From: Cetorhinus maximus
Lineage: Eukaryota
DNA length: 64,000 nt
NCBI RefSeq assembly: GCF_964194155.1
Contig: NC_135881.1
Span: forward strand, 16,368,001 to 16,432,000
Direction of reading: 5' to 3'
The notes beneath the pieces were generated by a model. The model saw only the letters and a list, made by a program, of their open reading frames with translations. It was not told the origin of the DNA and did no database searches. This document shows positions 1 to 12,270 of this stretch, one piece after another. Position 1 is the first letter of the stretch. Each line of letters starts with the position of its first letter. The position numbers were made by a program, and so were the translations under genes.

Positions 1-152
1 ACATGCACAAACAGATAATCACACACAGAGACACAGACACGTACAGACATAGAAATGCACACAGGCACATACAAACACATGCAATGCACTCGCACACACA
101 GACACACACACACACACACACATAAAATGCATCACACAATTTACACACAGAG
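1..152. repeat. Degenerate (CA)n microsatellite
   Basis: CA-rich run with a pure (CA)n core at about 103-122. Confidence 0.9.
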
Positions 153-220
153 TCACAGAATTTATATTCTGGAAATTCCTTAAGGGTTCAACTTAATGTA
201 AAACATGTTCTTCTCCCTAC

Positions 221-459
221 CAGGTTCCCCACATAGAGCATATTATCGAATTCCTTGGACATTGGCCGGTGCTCCAGTGCCATAAAGAGGGTGTTCAGTA
301 CGATACAGATGGTGATTGCTAGGTCCAGGAAGGGATCCATCACAATATATTTCAATATCTTCTTCACTCTGATCCACAACGGGCAGCAGGTCCAGATAAG
401 AAACGTTTGGGAAAAGTAGTACCAGCAGCGGGGATATTTCAAGTGAGATTCTTCAAGTT
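221..459 (-). CDS. SCN5A: Nav alpha exon: pre-DII, DII S1 to start of S2 ([13 protein letters not shown]...[24 protein letters not shown]...VGNL)
   Basis: [21 protein letters not shown] motif; acceptor tcctag|AA, donor CTG|gtaggg; 239 nt. Confidence 0.96.
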
Positions 460-732
460 CTAGGAGTGAGACCAGACAGGAGGGTTGGTGTTATACAGTT
501 AAATGAAAGCGTAATCGTTGAACTCTCACTATGGCTACCGTAGCTAAAAGGCACAGTGGTGTCCTGAGGCTGTGAAAGGCGCTACAGAAATGCAAATTCT
601 TGTCTTCAGGGCTTGTAGCTCAAAGTGTGATATTCTGCACAGCGTTAAAGCCAATACTCACCGATTTCCATTCCATGGAATGTCTAATGGCAGACTCTAC
701 CTGAACCCAAAATGGCAACTCTTTCCTCAGCT

Positions 733-918
733 AAAAGAAAGACTTGCGTTTATATCGCGCTTTTCACAACCACCGGGAGTCTCAAAGTGCTTTCTAGCTA
801 ATCAAATACTTTTGAAATGTAGCCACGGTTATAATGTAGGAAACGCAGCAGCTGACTTGCATATAGCCCGCTCCCAATAACAGCAATGTGACAATGACCA
901 GATAATCTGTGTTTTTGT
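733..918 (-). mobile_element. 3' part of a SINE with an L2-type tail (probably Deu-SINE/SacSINE-like)
   Basis: Reverse of ...gtgaaaagcgcgatataaacgcaagtctttcttt; the same tail type occurs at ~550-605 (+), 14925-14985 and 16655-16715. Confidence 0.55.
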
Positions 919-1360
919 ACAAGATAACTGGATAAACACTTGAAGAGGCAGAAAGTTGCAGGGATATGGAGAAAGGGCAGGGAAGTGGGACTAATTGGAC
1001 TGTGTTACAAAGGAGCCAGTGCAGGCTCTATGTCCTCCTCTGTGCGGTACCTTCCAGGATTCTATGTTTCCCGGCATTTCAACAACAGCTGTTTGGTGGT
1101 GTTAAAGCTGAGGCCTCCCTACTTTCCCTGGTACAGTTTCACAACAGGCAGTGAATACCCTTACCAGCAGGTATTGGGAACGCCAACATTGGCTCTACAT
1201 TCCTAATTTAATAGAGCTATTCATCTGGGAAATTTTCTAGGAGCTGATTTATACTTAGTCAGCGTTATTTTTTCCTTGGGCCACTAGCATGCCATCCTAC
1301 TCCTCGATTGTGAAGAAAATCATTGTTCCTTCTCCTGAAAACACAGCTTCTGTAATCCTG

Positions 1361-1646
1361 GGAGAGNNNNNNNNNNNNNNNNNNNNNNNNNNNNNNNNNN
1401 NNNNNNNNNNNNNNNNNNNNNNNNNNNNNNNNNNNNNNNNNNNNNNNNNNNNNNNNNNNNNNNNNNNNNNNNNNNNNNNNNNNNNNNNNNNNNNNNNNNN
1501 NNNNNNNNNNNNGGAGACAAAGGGAGAGAGAAAGGGAGTGAAAGAGAGGGGGAGAAAGGAAGAGAGAGTGAGAGAAAGAGGGGGGAAGAAAGGGAGAGAG
1601 AAAGAGCGAGAGAAAGAAAGGGGGGCAGAAAGGGTGAGAGAGAGAG
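1361..1646. repeat. GA-rich low-complexity tract with N run (1367-1512)
   Basis: Purine-only (GA)n-like sequence adjoins the Ns. Confidence 0.85.
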
Positions 1647-1789
1647 CCTTGATTTCTTTTGAAAAGAAGATTTCCACAGCTAGTGGTTCAAAAGCTTCCA
1701 ATTCTCCCACAAACAAGTTGTCTAAAGGTGGCTACCAGCTATTACTTAAACCTCCATATTTCACGGAAGTTACAGCACAGCAACATGGC

Positions 1790-2040
1790 TATTCAGTCTA
1801 ACTGGTCAATGCCAGTGTTGCTCCACACAAGCCTCCTCACCTTATTCCATCTAACCCTATCGCCATAACTGATTCCTTTCTCTCTCCTGTCATTTTTAAA
1901 CTCCTCCTTAAACATATAAGTGCTAATCACCTTAACCACTTTAAGTTGTAGCCAATTCCACATTCTAACCACTTTCAGAGTAAAGACATCGCTCCTGAAT
2001 TTATTATGCAATTTGTTAGTGGCTATCTTATATTTGACAC
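1790..2040 (-). mobile_element. CR1 LINE 3' fragment
   Basis: Degenerate FTxxVVRMWN motif typical of the CR1 ORF2 C-terminus, plus 3'UTR-like sequence. Confidence 0.6.
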
Positions 2041-3539
2041 CCAAGCTTCATCCCCTCCCATTTTTTCCCTGAAAAGTGCTTACTTCAGCTCCTTGTGCAT
2101 GGAAAGATCTCCACAGATCCAGGAGCCGTGGCTCAAATTCCTTCTGGAATCGCGGACTCTGTGCCCCCAGTCCTCCGCAACCCTAGCACCACCGACCCCC
2201 ACCTCACCCCCAGAAAGATAGCACCAATCTCATCTAGACACTTTTCCCATCCCATAACCAAACAAATAACCCCCCTTTAAATCTGACAGCATTAACTTTA
2301 CACACTTAGCCAGATGTTTAACAGGGAACATTGTGACATTACAGACAAGCATGAACGGGAACCTTCTCAGGTTTTGCCAGCCACGACTGTTTCTGTTGAT
2401 TCTGCGGCTGGGGCTAGAGACTAGGCAGTCTCTAAAATGCACACCAACCGCCACTGTGCACCCTCACTGCATTGGCTCCTGAGGTGTGAGATACACATAA
2501 TGTCGATGTCTTTATCTACCAATAGCTCAGCTTATAGAAGGCACTGGAGGAAACGTGAAAGCAGGGAACGATTACCGCCATGTTAGAATGACTATTGTGT
2601 TTATATATCAACACACTGCAAAACATTAGTTGGGGTTCGATTTCACTTCAGGTCACAACTGACCGTTCAGCTCCACAAGGGCAGTGCTTCACGAAACAGA
2701 AGAGTTGTGTTTGCGAATTAAACTACCAAGCTGGTTTTTGGTGACATTTGTTTAGTACTCTCTCTGTTAATTGAAATACATTGCATGTGCGGCACACAAA
2801 CAGACCATTCAGCCCAACTAGTCCACGCCAGTCTATAAGCTCCACACCAGCCTCCTCCCGCTTAATTACATTGCTAGTCAAGGGCATTCAAAGATGTGAA
2901 ACCAAAGCCGATGGATGGAGTTAGGATATGGATCAGTTAGCATCTCATTGAATGTTCGAACAGCCTCAAGTGCATTCCCAGTGTGTCCCGACTACAGGAA
3001 CACTGCCCAATTGTTGCCATTCATTCACACAAAACACATCAATGTGTGTAGAAGCCATTGGATAATGGAAGCCATGTAATATTTTCATTTCTTCCGAGTA
3101 GTGTTCATTTTTTAAAGAATTGTGAGCCATCAAACCATTAAAGGTGACAACACACGAGGAGGGCCCATTGTACCTGTGTTTGCCCTTCACTACAGTGGCC
3201 CAGAATAAATCCCATTGCCCTGCTCTCTCCACATCGCCCCTTAGCCCTTGGAACACGGAAGCAAACAATTGGAAAAGAGTAGGAGAGGAGATGAAAGAAA
3301 GTAGGAAATAGTCTTTAGAGGAGGTTGAGGTTGGGTTTTTAAAAGCCTGGTAGTCGGAAGAGGGAGGGGAAAGAAGAGATTGAGTGAGGTAAGGAGTTCC
3401 ACAGCATTGAGGTCTTGGATGGGTTAGAGGGGGAGACAATGTGACGAGCAGTGATTTCTACACAAGGGAGGATTCAGGGAGGAGTGTGTGCAGCATGTCC
3501 ATCATTACAGGACAGCAGGACTCACAGAACACAGTTCCG

Positions 3540-4215
3540 ATAATGACCACGGAATCTGGTTTTTGTGATGTTGATTGAGGATTATTGGTCAGGACACAGG
3601 AGAGAACTCCCCTACTCTTCTTAAAGTAGTGCCATGCGTTCTTTTACATTTAACCAAGTAGGCAGATGCGGCCCTCAGTTTAACATCTCATACAAAAGGC
3701 AGCACCTCCAATAGTGCTGCACTCCCTCAGTAATACAGCACCTCTGATAGTGCTGTACTCCCTCAGTACGACAGTACCTCTGATAGTGCTGCACTCCCTC
3801 AGTAATACAGCACCTCTGATAGTGCTGCACTCCCTCAGTAATACAGCACCTATGATAGTGCTGCACTCCCTCAGTAATACAGCACCTCTGATAGTGCTGT
3901 ACTCCCTCAGTAATACAGCACCTCTGATAGTGCTGTACTCCCTCAGTAATACAGCACCTCCAATAGTGCTGCACTCCCTCAGTACTACAGCACCTCTGAT
4001 AGTGCTGCACTCCCTCAGTACTACAGAACCTCTGATAGTGCTGCACTCCCTCAGTACTACAGCACCTCTGATAGTGCTTCACTCCCTCAGTAATACAGCA
4101 CCTCTGATAGTGCTGCACTCCCTCAGTAATACAGCACCTCCAATAGTGCTGCACTCCCTCAGTACTACACCAGGGTGTTGGTTTGATGTTTGTGCTCAAG
4201 CACTAGACTGGTCCT
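3540..4215 (-). mobile_element. Deu-domain SINE (SacSINE1/AmnSINE1-like) hosting an internal minisatellite
   Basis: cagtttaacatctcatacaaaaggcagcacctcc is the reverse of the Deu core GGAGGTGCCGTCTTTCGGATGAGACGTTAAAC (recalled consensus). Confidence 0.65.
3700..4168. repeat. 36-bp minisatellite, about 13 copies (cagcacctctgatagtgctgcactccctcagtaata)
   Basis: Direct tandem copies; 12-aa periodicity in the overlapping ORFs. Confidence 0.97.
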
Positions 4216-7200
4216 TTAACCTGGAACTCTGTAAGGCAGCGGCCAGCCTGCTCCCAGTGAAGCTACAGCCCACACTTCTTACATTTCGAGTAATTTCCGC
4301 TTAAGCCAAAAATTCTGGTCCATCCTTAAGCCCTCTGGGTCAAAAATACGATAAAATAATGGTACGTGATTCTCCCTAACCCGGCATTTCTGTGCTGTAG
4401 CTGGTTTGTCACTCTGTTTGCACAATATTCCCAGTCCCGGGGCAGTGGACTTGGAGGTGGGGTGTCCGGGAGGGGCAGGGGGTGTGGAGCGCAGAGTGTA
4501 GCAGGAAAATAGTGGGGAGTTGCATCCGGATGGCTTCCCAATGCATTCCCACTGCCGGGGGCGTTTCCCAGCGGTGAGCAGGGAATACAGACCCTGCGGC
4601 TTGCTGAAGCAGAGTGATAGCTAAGTGCCATATTTAAGGTCACTGCTCTGGGCGATCTAGATGGCCCATTATTGTTGTTCCTGTGATGCAGTGGCCCCGT
4701 GCGGCATGTGGAGGCTGCTAACACCATGCAGGCGGCCTCACTGCATCAGTCTGGGGTATCATCAGGGTTGGAGGCCCCGATCCCGAAAAGATGGGTCCGG
4801 GGGCAGGGATGGCAGCCCCCATGGCCCCAGCAAGGTGTCTGGAGGGGTTTCCCTTCTCACCGGTGGGGCCTGCCTGCTTGATCCCTCTGAGCTTTTGTTT
4901 TAAACCTACCTCTCAGGCACCCCCTCGGTCGCCAACCTGCCTCAGCGGCGTCAACCTTTCCGGTTGAGACTGCCGAAGCCTCAGATCGAGCTGCCAGCCA
5001 TCTGATTGGGCCGGCAGCATCGGAAGCCCGCCCACCTGCCATCCACGGGAGGTCACAAGAGATTGGAGCAGGAGTAGCCCATACGGTCTGTGGAACCTGG
5101 TCCTTAAATGGACAGGGAGTTTGGGAGTGGTCAGTTAGGATACTGGCTCCGGGAATATCCCTGTGCTGGTTCCACTGTTGGCAAGTGGGGACTCAGGACC
5201 CCCATTTAGTCACAGGTTGGGAGCCTGAAGCCCATGTGAAAATGTCCCCCTGCAGGTTTGGGGTGAGCTCCTGAGCTTTGAAATTGCAGTGACAAGGTTC
5301 CCAGCGCTGACCCCTGGATCACTTCTCCCACTTGGAGATTATTTCCCGAACATGTAGCACTTTCCAACACCTACATCAACATTGTGGACAGAGCACTCCC
5401 ATTAGCAGTAAAACACAGGCCAAAGGAGGCATTCAAATCTTCACCTTCAAACAAAGCGTGATGATATTTGAACTTCTTTCTCTGTTACTGCCTCTCCTGT
5501 CTCACGATTTAATTAAGATTTGCTCCCTTGTGCATTGCCTCTCTCTTGTTCACTGTAAGCTGAGTAGTCTCTCCCTCGCATTCTTCCTCCTCCTTGCATC
5601 ATTGTGTCGGTATAACATCATCTCTTACCCTTAATTCATTCTCTCGTTGGAAATCTAAACCGTGGAATGCCCTACTTTCGAAGGACGGTAGAAGTTTCGA
5701 ACTCTCTTCTGCAAAGGGTAATTGGTGCTGGATCAAATGTAAAGTTTGAAGCTGAGATTGACAGCTTCTTGTTATCCAAGTGTTAAGGGTTATAGTGCAA
5801 AGGCAGGTTAGGTTGGAGTTAGCCTGCAGATCAGCCAAGGTCTCACCAAATGGCAATGGACCAGGCTCGAGGGGTTAAAAGGCCCACTCCTCAATTCTTA
5901 CTTTCAATGCTGCTACTCCCCAACCTCACCCCCCCTCGGCTTTCCATCTCCTGCAGTCCAGAGATTTTTAAAAAAGCAAAGGAGTCATGTTCTTGCCGAC
6001 CCTTTTCAATATGGGTGGTGGCTTGGGCTATGAGCCTTGGACCCACCCGCTGTTCATTCGCTGAGGATAAGGGCGTTTGGTCCGCCTCAGCTTAAGAGAG
6101 AGAAAGGCTACACTCGCAGCAGCCGAGTGACTCCCGCGTGGCCCCAAGGTGGTGAACTTCCCTTGGAATTTCTGCTGGAACTCCGGCATAAACCCGGGGA
6201 GCCCTGAGGAATTCTCCGGCACCGGGCCCCCTTTCCACTGCTTCCCAATGGGGAAAAAAACCCGGTTAAAAACTGGGACATGAGAGCGCTGGTCCGAACT
6301 GGTCTTGTGACCCTAAAAATGAAACACAAGACCAGTTCGGGCCAGTACTCTCAGTCCCCAGTTTTTACTGTTTCTCCCAGTGGGTTAGAAGTTAATTCCA
6401 GCCCTTTTGTATGAAGGGCTCCCTGGCGACAACCTTCATTTCCCTGTTCACCAGTTTGCATTTCTGCTTTCTGGATCTGGTGATCCAGATTTAATTTTTC
6501 AGGATAGAAAAAGGCCAAGATAGGAGATAAAGACCAACACGCCGTTAGCCCCATGATTGCCTTTTGATATATGAAGTGTCAAGTAATGATATCCTGACAT
6601 CTTTTCCAGTCGCACCTTTCAGTGTTACTGCACCACGCACACACTCTCTGAAAGTCGCCTATCTTTCATTCTACGGCCACACTTGAGGCATATGGAGCAG
6701 GCTCTGTCAGTAGCTCCCAATATAGCTGCACTCTGTTATCTCCCAACCTTCATGCAAATCCTTTAGGAGCTGCTAACTCCTGGAGGTGTTGGCGTGACAC
6801 CCAGGCCCCTAAGTGACGGTTGAACCGTTCAGGAATGATACAGAGGCCAGGATAAGTCTGAGCGAGCGTAAGTGGCTGCTCACTGTATCTTTAAAGGCTG
6901 GGCAAATACTTTCAGGCCATTAACTCCATTGACCTGAAAATTAACCAAATCTATCGGAGCAGCAGCAATGTCGTGTGCTGCTTTTGCGTGCAAGGCTTTG
7001 CCAATTTTATAAATGCTGTCGTGCATCAGCATTATGAGATCAGCACATCCCCAATTAATCCCACCCGAGCAAATCTGCTCTATACTCTATTGACGTGACA
7101 ACATAGTCCAGCTGTTTGCTTTGCTGATTGCTGCTCCTTACTGACTTATCATCTGAAGTGTTAGGCTACAACACCCTGAGCTCTTGTCCTCTTCCCACAC

Positions 7201-7856
7201 CATTCAAGATCACGTAAGGCACCCAGCTTCTCTTCAATCAGGTCTGCATCAGTGCAGAGCTGTAGCTAGATGGCTGCAGAGCTCAAAGAGAGAAGTTCAC
7301 CAACACTTTTTTTTTAATATAAAAAAACAATCGCATCTAATTCGGGTGAAGTTAGGCACCGATCTAATGGATTTCTGTTTATTGTCGATCATTCATTTTT
7401 GACCATTTATGTCCATGATCATATTTCTCTGCCTTATATTTTCACGTTATATTAGTGACTCATTCTGGGTGCAGTTTGAAAGGTGACAGACATGCCCTGG
7501 TACCCAGTCACTCTCCAGTAAGGCAATCTGAGCACGTAGGGGGGTTGATTATAGTCAAGTCTAATTGCGCCCTCACCAAACAGGCATGTTCCAGCTACAG
7601 ATGAGGATTAACTCAGGGCCTGGGTCATTTCACAGAATCACACAGGGCAGGAGAGGCCCTTCGGTCCATCGAGTCTGTACCAACAGATTTCAGCTGGAAG
7701 TGAAGCACTCCGACTGGAGCACAAGTAAATCTGATTCAGCTTTACCTGCCCTGTAACCGGTGCAGGAACATGACATCTTCAATAAGGTTAACTCATACAA
7801 AGAGCCACGCTAACCCGCATTCAGGCAAGTTGTACTGAGTTAATCTGCGCTGTTAC

Positions 7857-8850
7857 CAATCTGAACCGGGTCAATCTGAATTGAGTCAATCTGAACTGAG
7901 TCAATTTGAACTGAGTCAATCTGAACTGAGTCAATCTGAATTGAGTCAGTCTGAATTTAGTCAATCTGAATTGAATCAATCTGAGTTGAGTCAATCTGAT
8001 CTGAGTCAGTCTGATCTGAGTCAATCTGAACTGAATCAATCTGAACTGAGTCAATCTGAACTGAGTCAATCTGAATTGAGTCAATCTGAACTGAGTCAAT
8101 CTAAATTGAGTCAATCTGAACAGTCTGAACTTAATCAATCTGAATTGAGCCAATCTGATCTGAGTCAATCTAAAATGAGTCAGTCTGAACTGAGTCAATC
8201 TGATCTGAGCCAATCTGAACTGAGTCAATCTGAACTGAGTCAATCTGAACTGAGTCAGTCTGAACTGAGTCAATCTGAACTGAGTCAATCTGATCTGAGC
8301 CAGTCTGATCTGAGTCAATCTGAACTGAGTCAATCTGATCTGAGCCAATCTGATCTGAGTCAATCTGATCTGAGTCAATCTGAACTGAGTCAATCTGAAC
8401 TGAGCCAATCTGATCTGAGTCAATCTGATCTGAGTCAATCTGAACTGAGTCAATCTGATCTGAGTCAATCTGAACTGAGTCAATCTGAACTGAGCCAATC
8501 TGATCTGAGTCAATCTGAACTGAGTCAATCTGATCTGAGCCAATCTGATCTGAGTCAATCTGATCTCAGTCAATCTGAACTGAGTCAATCTGAACTGAGT
8601 CAATCTGATCTGAGTCAATCTGAACTGAGTCAATCTGATCTGAGCCAATCTGAACTGAGTCAATCTGAACTGAGCCAATCTGAACTGAGCCAATCTGATC
8701 TGAGTCAGTCTGAACTGAGTCAATCTGAACTGAATCAATCTGAACTGAGCCAATCTAAACTGAGCCAATCTGATCTGAGTCAATCTGAACTGAGTCAATC
8801 TGATTTGAGTCAATCTGAACTGAGCCAGTCTGAACTGAATCAATCTGAGT
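7857..8850. repeat. 15-bp tandem repeat, about 65 copies (tctgaactgagtcaa, variants tctgatctgagYcaa)
   Basis: Direct tandem copies with a 5-bp sub-period; source of the (ELSQS)n and (QFRLT)n ORFs. Confidence 0.97.
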
Positions 8851-9285
8851 GCATGTTTCTGAGCTAAGATAGTGTTTGAAGGATTGCCAAACTGAACCAA
8901 ATATTTGTGCCTCCCATCAGCCGCTTGCTCCCAGTCTGAGTTGTGTAAGAGACAGATGGAGCTGTATATTTGTGATGATGCTTTTGTAATTATCAACAAA
9001 TAAACAGATTGAGTCCTTCTCCATAAGTAGCACAGACCTCCAGGGGGGTAGGAGGAGGTGCACAGGGTGTAACCAGCTTGGCCATGTTGTACAAAGTACA
9101 ATGCAAACGCACCACAGAATGGGTGCTATTAATTCAACTTGGGATCGAATGCCTTCTGCAGTGGGAAATGTAGTATAAGGAAAGGGGACTTAAGTGTAAC
9201 GCGCTTTGCAAAGCAGCCTTCTATTTCCCCCTGTACCTCAACCAATGCATTTGGATCTGATTCTAACCCCCACTGTGAGTCTTAC

Positions 9286-9421
9286 CTTCCATGGTGTTGG
9301 TAAGGACACTGGCTGCACTGACTGCCCGCTCCCTTTGATGTGTCTCCTCCAGGTAACCCACGGAGGCACGATGATCTGTCAGCAAGTGTTTCTTACTCAG
9401 TTCGTTCTCCGACGTGGATGA
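9286..9421 (-). CDS. SCN5A: Nav alpha exon: end of DI-DII loop (SSTSENELSKKHLLTDHRASVGYLEETHQRERAVSAASVLTNTME)
   Basis: RxRAxSxxSxLTNTxE motif; pyrimidine tract then gggcag|TCA, donor G|gtaaga; 136 nt, phase 0-1. Confidence 0.92.
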
Positions 9422-9679
9422 CTGCCCAGGAGAAAGAAAGAACAGTATCAAGCTTGGAGTACAGTACCACGCATCACATTCCCTGCTTAAGCCATTAGGA
9501 GAAGGATACTACACAACTGACTCCCTGGTATAACGTCTCCATCATTGATTCCATTTACCTTTCGCTCAGTCATCGATTGGGGAGAACGATTGCCTACATC
9601 GATCACTCATTTTCAACAACGTGGCGGCTTTTTAATGTTTGGGTGGTTTAAGAATGTGGCAATGACTCTCAGCATTCCG

Positions 9680-10502
9680 ACGGGAATGTTTCCTTCGCGA
9701 CATCCTGATCCACTCCTCAGTCACTCCTATCACCCCTTCTCCTTCCCATGGCAGCTCTCCATGCAAGTGCAGAATATGTAACACCTGCCCTTTTACATGT
9801 CTGAAGGCCCCAGACATTCCTTCCTGGTGAAGCAGCAATTTACGCGTATTTCTTTCAAGTTAGCCTATTGTATTTGTCGCTCACGATGTAGGACCCTCTA
9901 CATTAGGGAGACTCAACACAGACTGGGTGACCGCTTTGCCGTGCACCTCCATTCAGTCCCCAAGCTTCCAATCGCCTGTCATTTTAATTCTCTGTCGTGC
10001 GCCCACTCTGACCTTTCTGTCCTTGGCCTGCTGCAGTGTTCCAGTGAAGCTGAACGCAAACCCATCTTTCAACTGGGCACTTTGCAGCCTTCTTGGGCTC
10101 AAAAGTTTTGGTTTCCCATTTTGGTTCGTATTTCTCTGCTGGTTTGGTCTTTCTCTCATTTCTGTCTTGTTTCCTCCATTTTGCATTTGGACAGTTGCTA
10201 TCCAGCCATTTACACCTCCCCTGGACACACCTTTTGTCCCTTCACTTGTCCCATTACCACTCCCTTTGCACCACCAATTCTTTGATCATTTAACCTCTCC
10301 TGCCCTCCGCCCAATCACAGGCCTCCTCTTTTGTCTGCCTCCCATCTTTCACTTACTCGAAACCTATTATGCTTCTAACTTTTCCCAGTGCTAATGAAAG
10401 GTCACAGACTTGAAACCTCAATCCTGTTTCTCTCTCCTGACCTGTTGAGCATTTTCTGGTTTTATTTCAGATTTACAGCGTCCACAGTATTTTGCTTTTA
10501 TA
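9680..10502 (+). mobile_element. Penelope-like retroelement 3' relic: GIY-YIG endonuclease plus terminal repeat
   Basis: YCICRSRCRTLYIRETQHRLGDRFAVH...PIACHFN...LGTLQP is a decayed PLE GIY-YIG domain (YIGET/RLxxRFxEH/HFN); terminal repeat with a degenerate hammerhead at ~10385-10425. Confidence 0.85.
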
Positions 10503-10519
10503 TTTTATCTTTGGCTTTG

Positions 10520-11310
10520 CACACGAAAGCACAGAGTACAAAAGCTATACATTTCTGCTAAACAGTTATAAAAGTACTGGTTAGGTCCAAGCTGGAGTGT
10601 TGTGTACAGTTCCTGGCAGCACACTTTAAGAAAGGTGACAAGCCTTAGACAAGGCCTATTGAGGAGGTGGTGGCACAGTGGTATTGTCACTGGACTAGTA
10701 TTCCAGAGACCCAAGGTAATGATCGAATCCAGCTACAGCAGATGGTGAAATTTGAATTCAATAAAAATCTAGAATTAAAAGTCTGATGGTGACAACCATG
10801 ATGCCATTACCGATTGTAGCAAAAACCCATCTGGTTCCTTTAGAGAAGGAAATCTGCCGCCCTTACCTGGTCTGGCCTACATGTGACTCAAGATCCAAAG
10901 CAATGTGGTTGACTCTTAAATGGTCACTGAACGAAGGCAATTAGAGATGGGCAATAAATGCTGGCCTAGCCACGTCCCATGAACGAATATTAAAAAAAAA
11001 GAGGGGCCGAGGAGATCCATTAGAATGGTACCAGAGACTAAATTACTCAGTTATGTGGTGATATTAAAGAAGCTGGGGTTCTTCTCCTTGGAGCAGTGGT
11101 TTAATAGAGGTGCTCAAAATCATGAAGTGGTGATGAAGTAAATGGGGAAAAACTCTCCAGTGGCAGAGGGAAACCAATCAAGGGTTGATAACCAGAGGGC
11201 AGAGCTGTAAGGCAATTGGCAAAACCAACAGATATAAGGAGGAATTCTTTTCTGTAGCAAGTTGGAATGCACTGCCTGTAAGGGTGCAGACAGCAAATTC
11301 AATTACAGCT
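10520..11310 (+). mobile_element. CR1 LINE 3' fragment interrupted by an HE1-like SINE
   Basis: LVRSKLECCVQFL (LVRPHLEYCVQFW-like) before the SINE; gagaagctgggg...tggagcag-type sequence resumes after 11000. Confidence 0.7.
10660..11000 (+). mobile_element. HE1-like tRNA-derived shark SINE, near full length
   Basis: tRNA-like head (tggcacagtggta...gatcgaatcc), body ccttacctggtctggcctacatgtgactc, 3' tail gatgggcaataaatgctggcc shared with the LINE copies, A-rich end. Confidence 0.8.
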
Positions 11311-11327
11311 TACTAGAGCGATTTTTA

Positions 11328-12270
11328 AAATATTATTCATTCAAGGGATGTGGGCATCTCTGGCATTTATGTTCCATCCTTAATAGTCCTTGAGAAGGTG
11401 GTGGTGAGCTGCCTTCTTGAACCGCTGCAGTCCATGTGGTGTAGGTACACCCACAGTGCTGTTAGGGAGGGAGTTCCAGGATATTGACCCAGCGACAGAA
11501 ACAGCGATATATTTCCAAGTGAGGATGGTGATGGCTCGGAGGGGAACTTGCAGGTCCTTGTCCTTGTCCTTTTAGATGGTGGTGGTCGTGGGTTTGGAAG
11601 CGCTGTCTAAGGAGCCTTGGTGAATTCCTGCAGTGCATCTTGTAGATGGCACACACTGCTACTACTGTGCGTCGGTGGTGGAGGGAGTGAATGTTTGTGG
11701 TTGTGGTGCCAATCAAGCGGCTGCTTTGTCCTGGGATGGTGTGAAGCTTCTTGAGTGTTGTGGGAGCTGCACTCATCCAGGCAAGTGGGGAGTATTCCAT
11801 CACACTCCTGATTTGTGCCCTGTAGATGGTGGACAGGCTTTGGGGAGTCAGGAGGTGAGTTACTCATCGCAGGATTTCCAGCCTCTAACCTGCTGTTTTA
11901 GCCACAGTATTTATATGGCTAGTCCAGTTCAGTTTCTGGTCAATGATAACCCCCAAAGATGTTGATAGTGGGGGATTCAGTGATGGTAACGCCATTGAGC
12001 ATCAAGGGGCGATGGTTGGATTCTCTCTTGTTGGAGTTGGTCATTGCCTGACACTTTGTGTGGCGCGAATGTTACTTGTCACTTGTCAGGCCAAGCCTGG
12101 AGATTGTCTACGTCTTGCTGCATTTAGACATGGACTGCTTCAGTATCTGAGAAGTCACAAATGGTGCTGAACATTGTGCACTCATCAGCGAATACCTCCA
12201 CTTTTGACCTTATGATAGAGGAAAGTCCATTGATGAAGCAGCTGAAGATGGCTGGGCCGAGGACACTACC
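11328..12270 (-). mobile_element. HER1-like (CR1-group) LINE 3' fragment with RT C-terminus
   Basis: SVLGPAIFSCFIN...VFADEC (RT YADD box) and MMEYSPLAWMSAAPTTLKKL; frameshifted; same family as 27655-28237 and 41502-42468. Confidence 0.88.

Noticed and set aside
3675-4304. Cys/His-rich repetitive ORFs, or a CRISPR-like array of palindromic 36-bp repeats
   Set aside because: Units are head-to-tail with no unique spacers, there are no cas genes and the context is a vertebrate intron; the ORFs are translations of the minisatellite.
7857-8850. Common origin of the 15-bp array and the 19-bp satellite (shared TCTGAA)
   Set aside because: Only a 6-bp word is shared and the periods differ; insufficient evidence.
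7821-9101. 426-aa (QFRLT)n and 328-aa (ELSQS)n ORFs on opposite strands
   Set aside because: By-product of a 15-bp repeat (multiple of 3) lacking stops in those frames; no credible start or splice context.
10660-10740. Possible tRNA gene
   Set aside because: The A/B-box-like sequence is the SINE head; no full cloverleaf.
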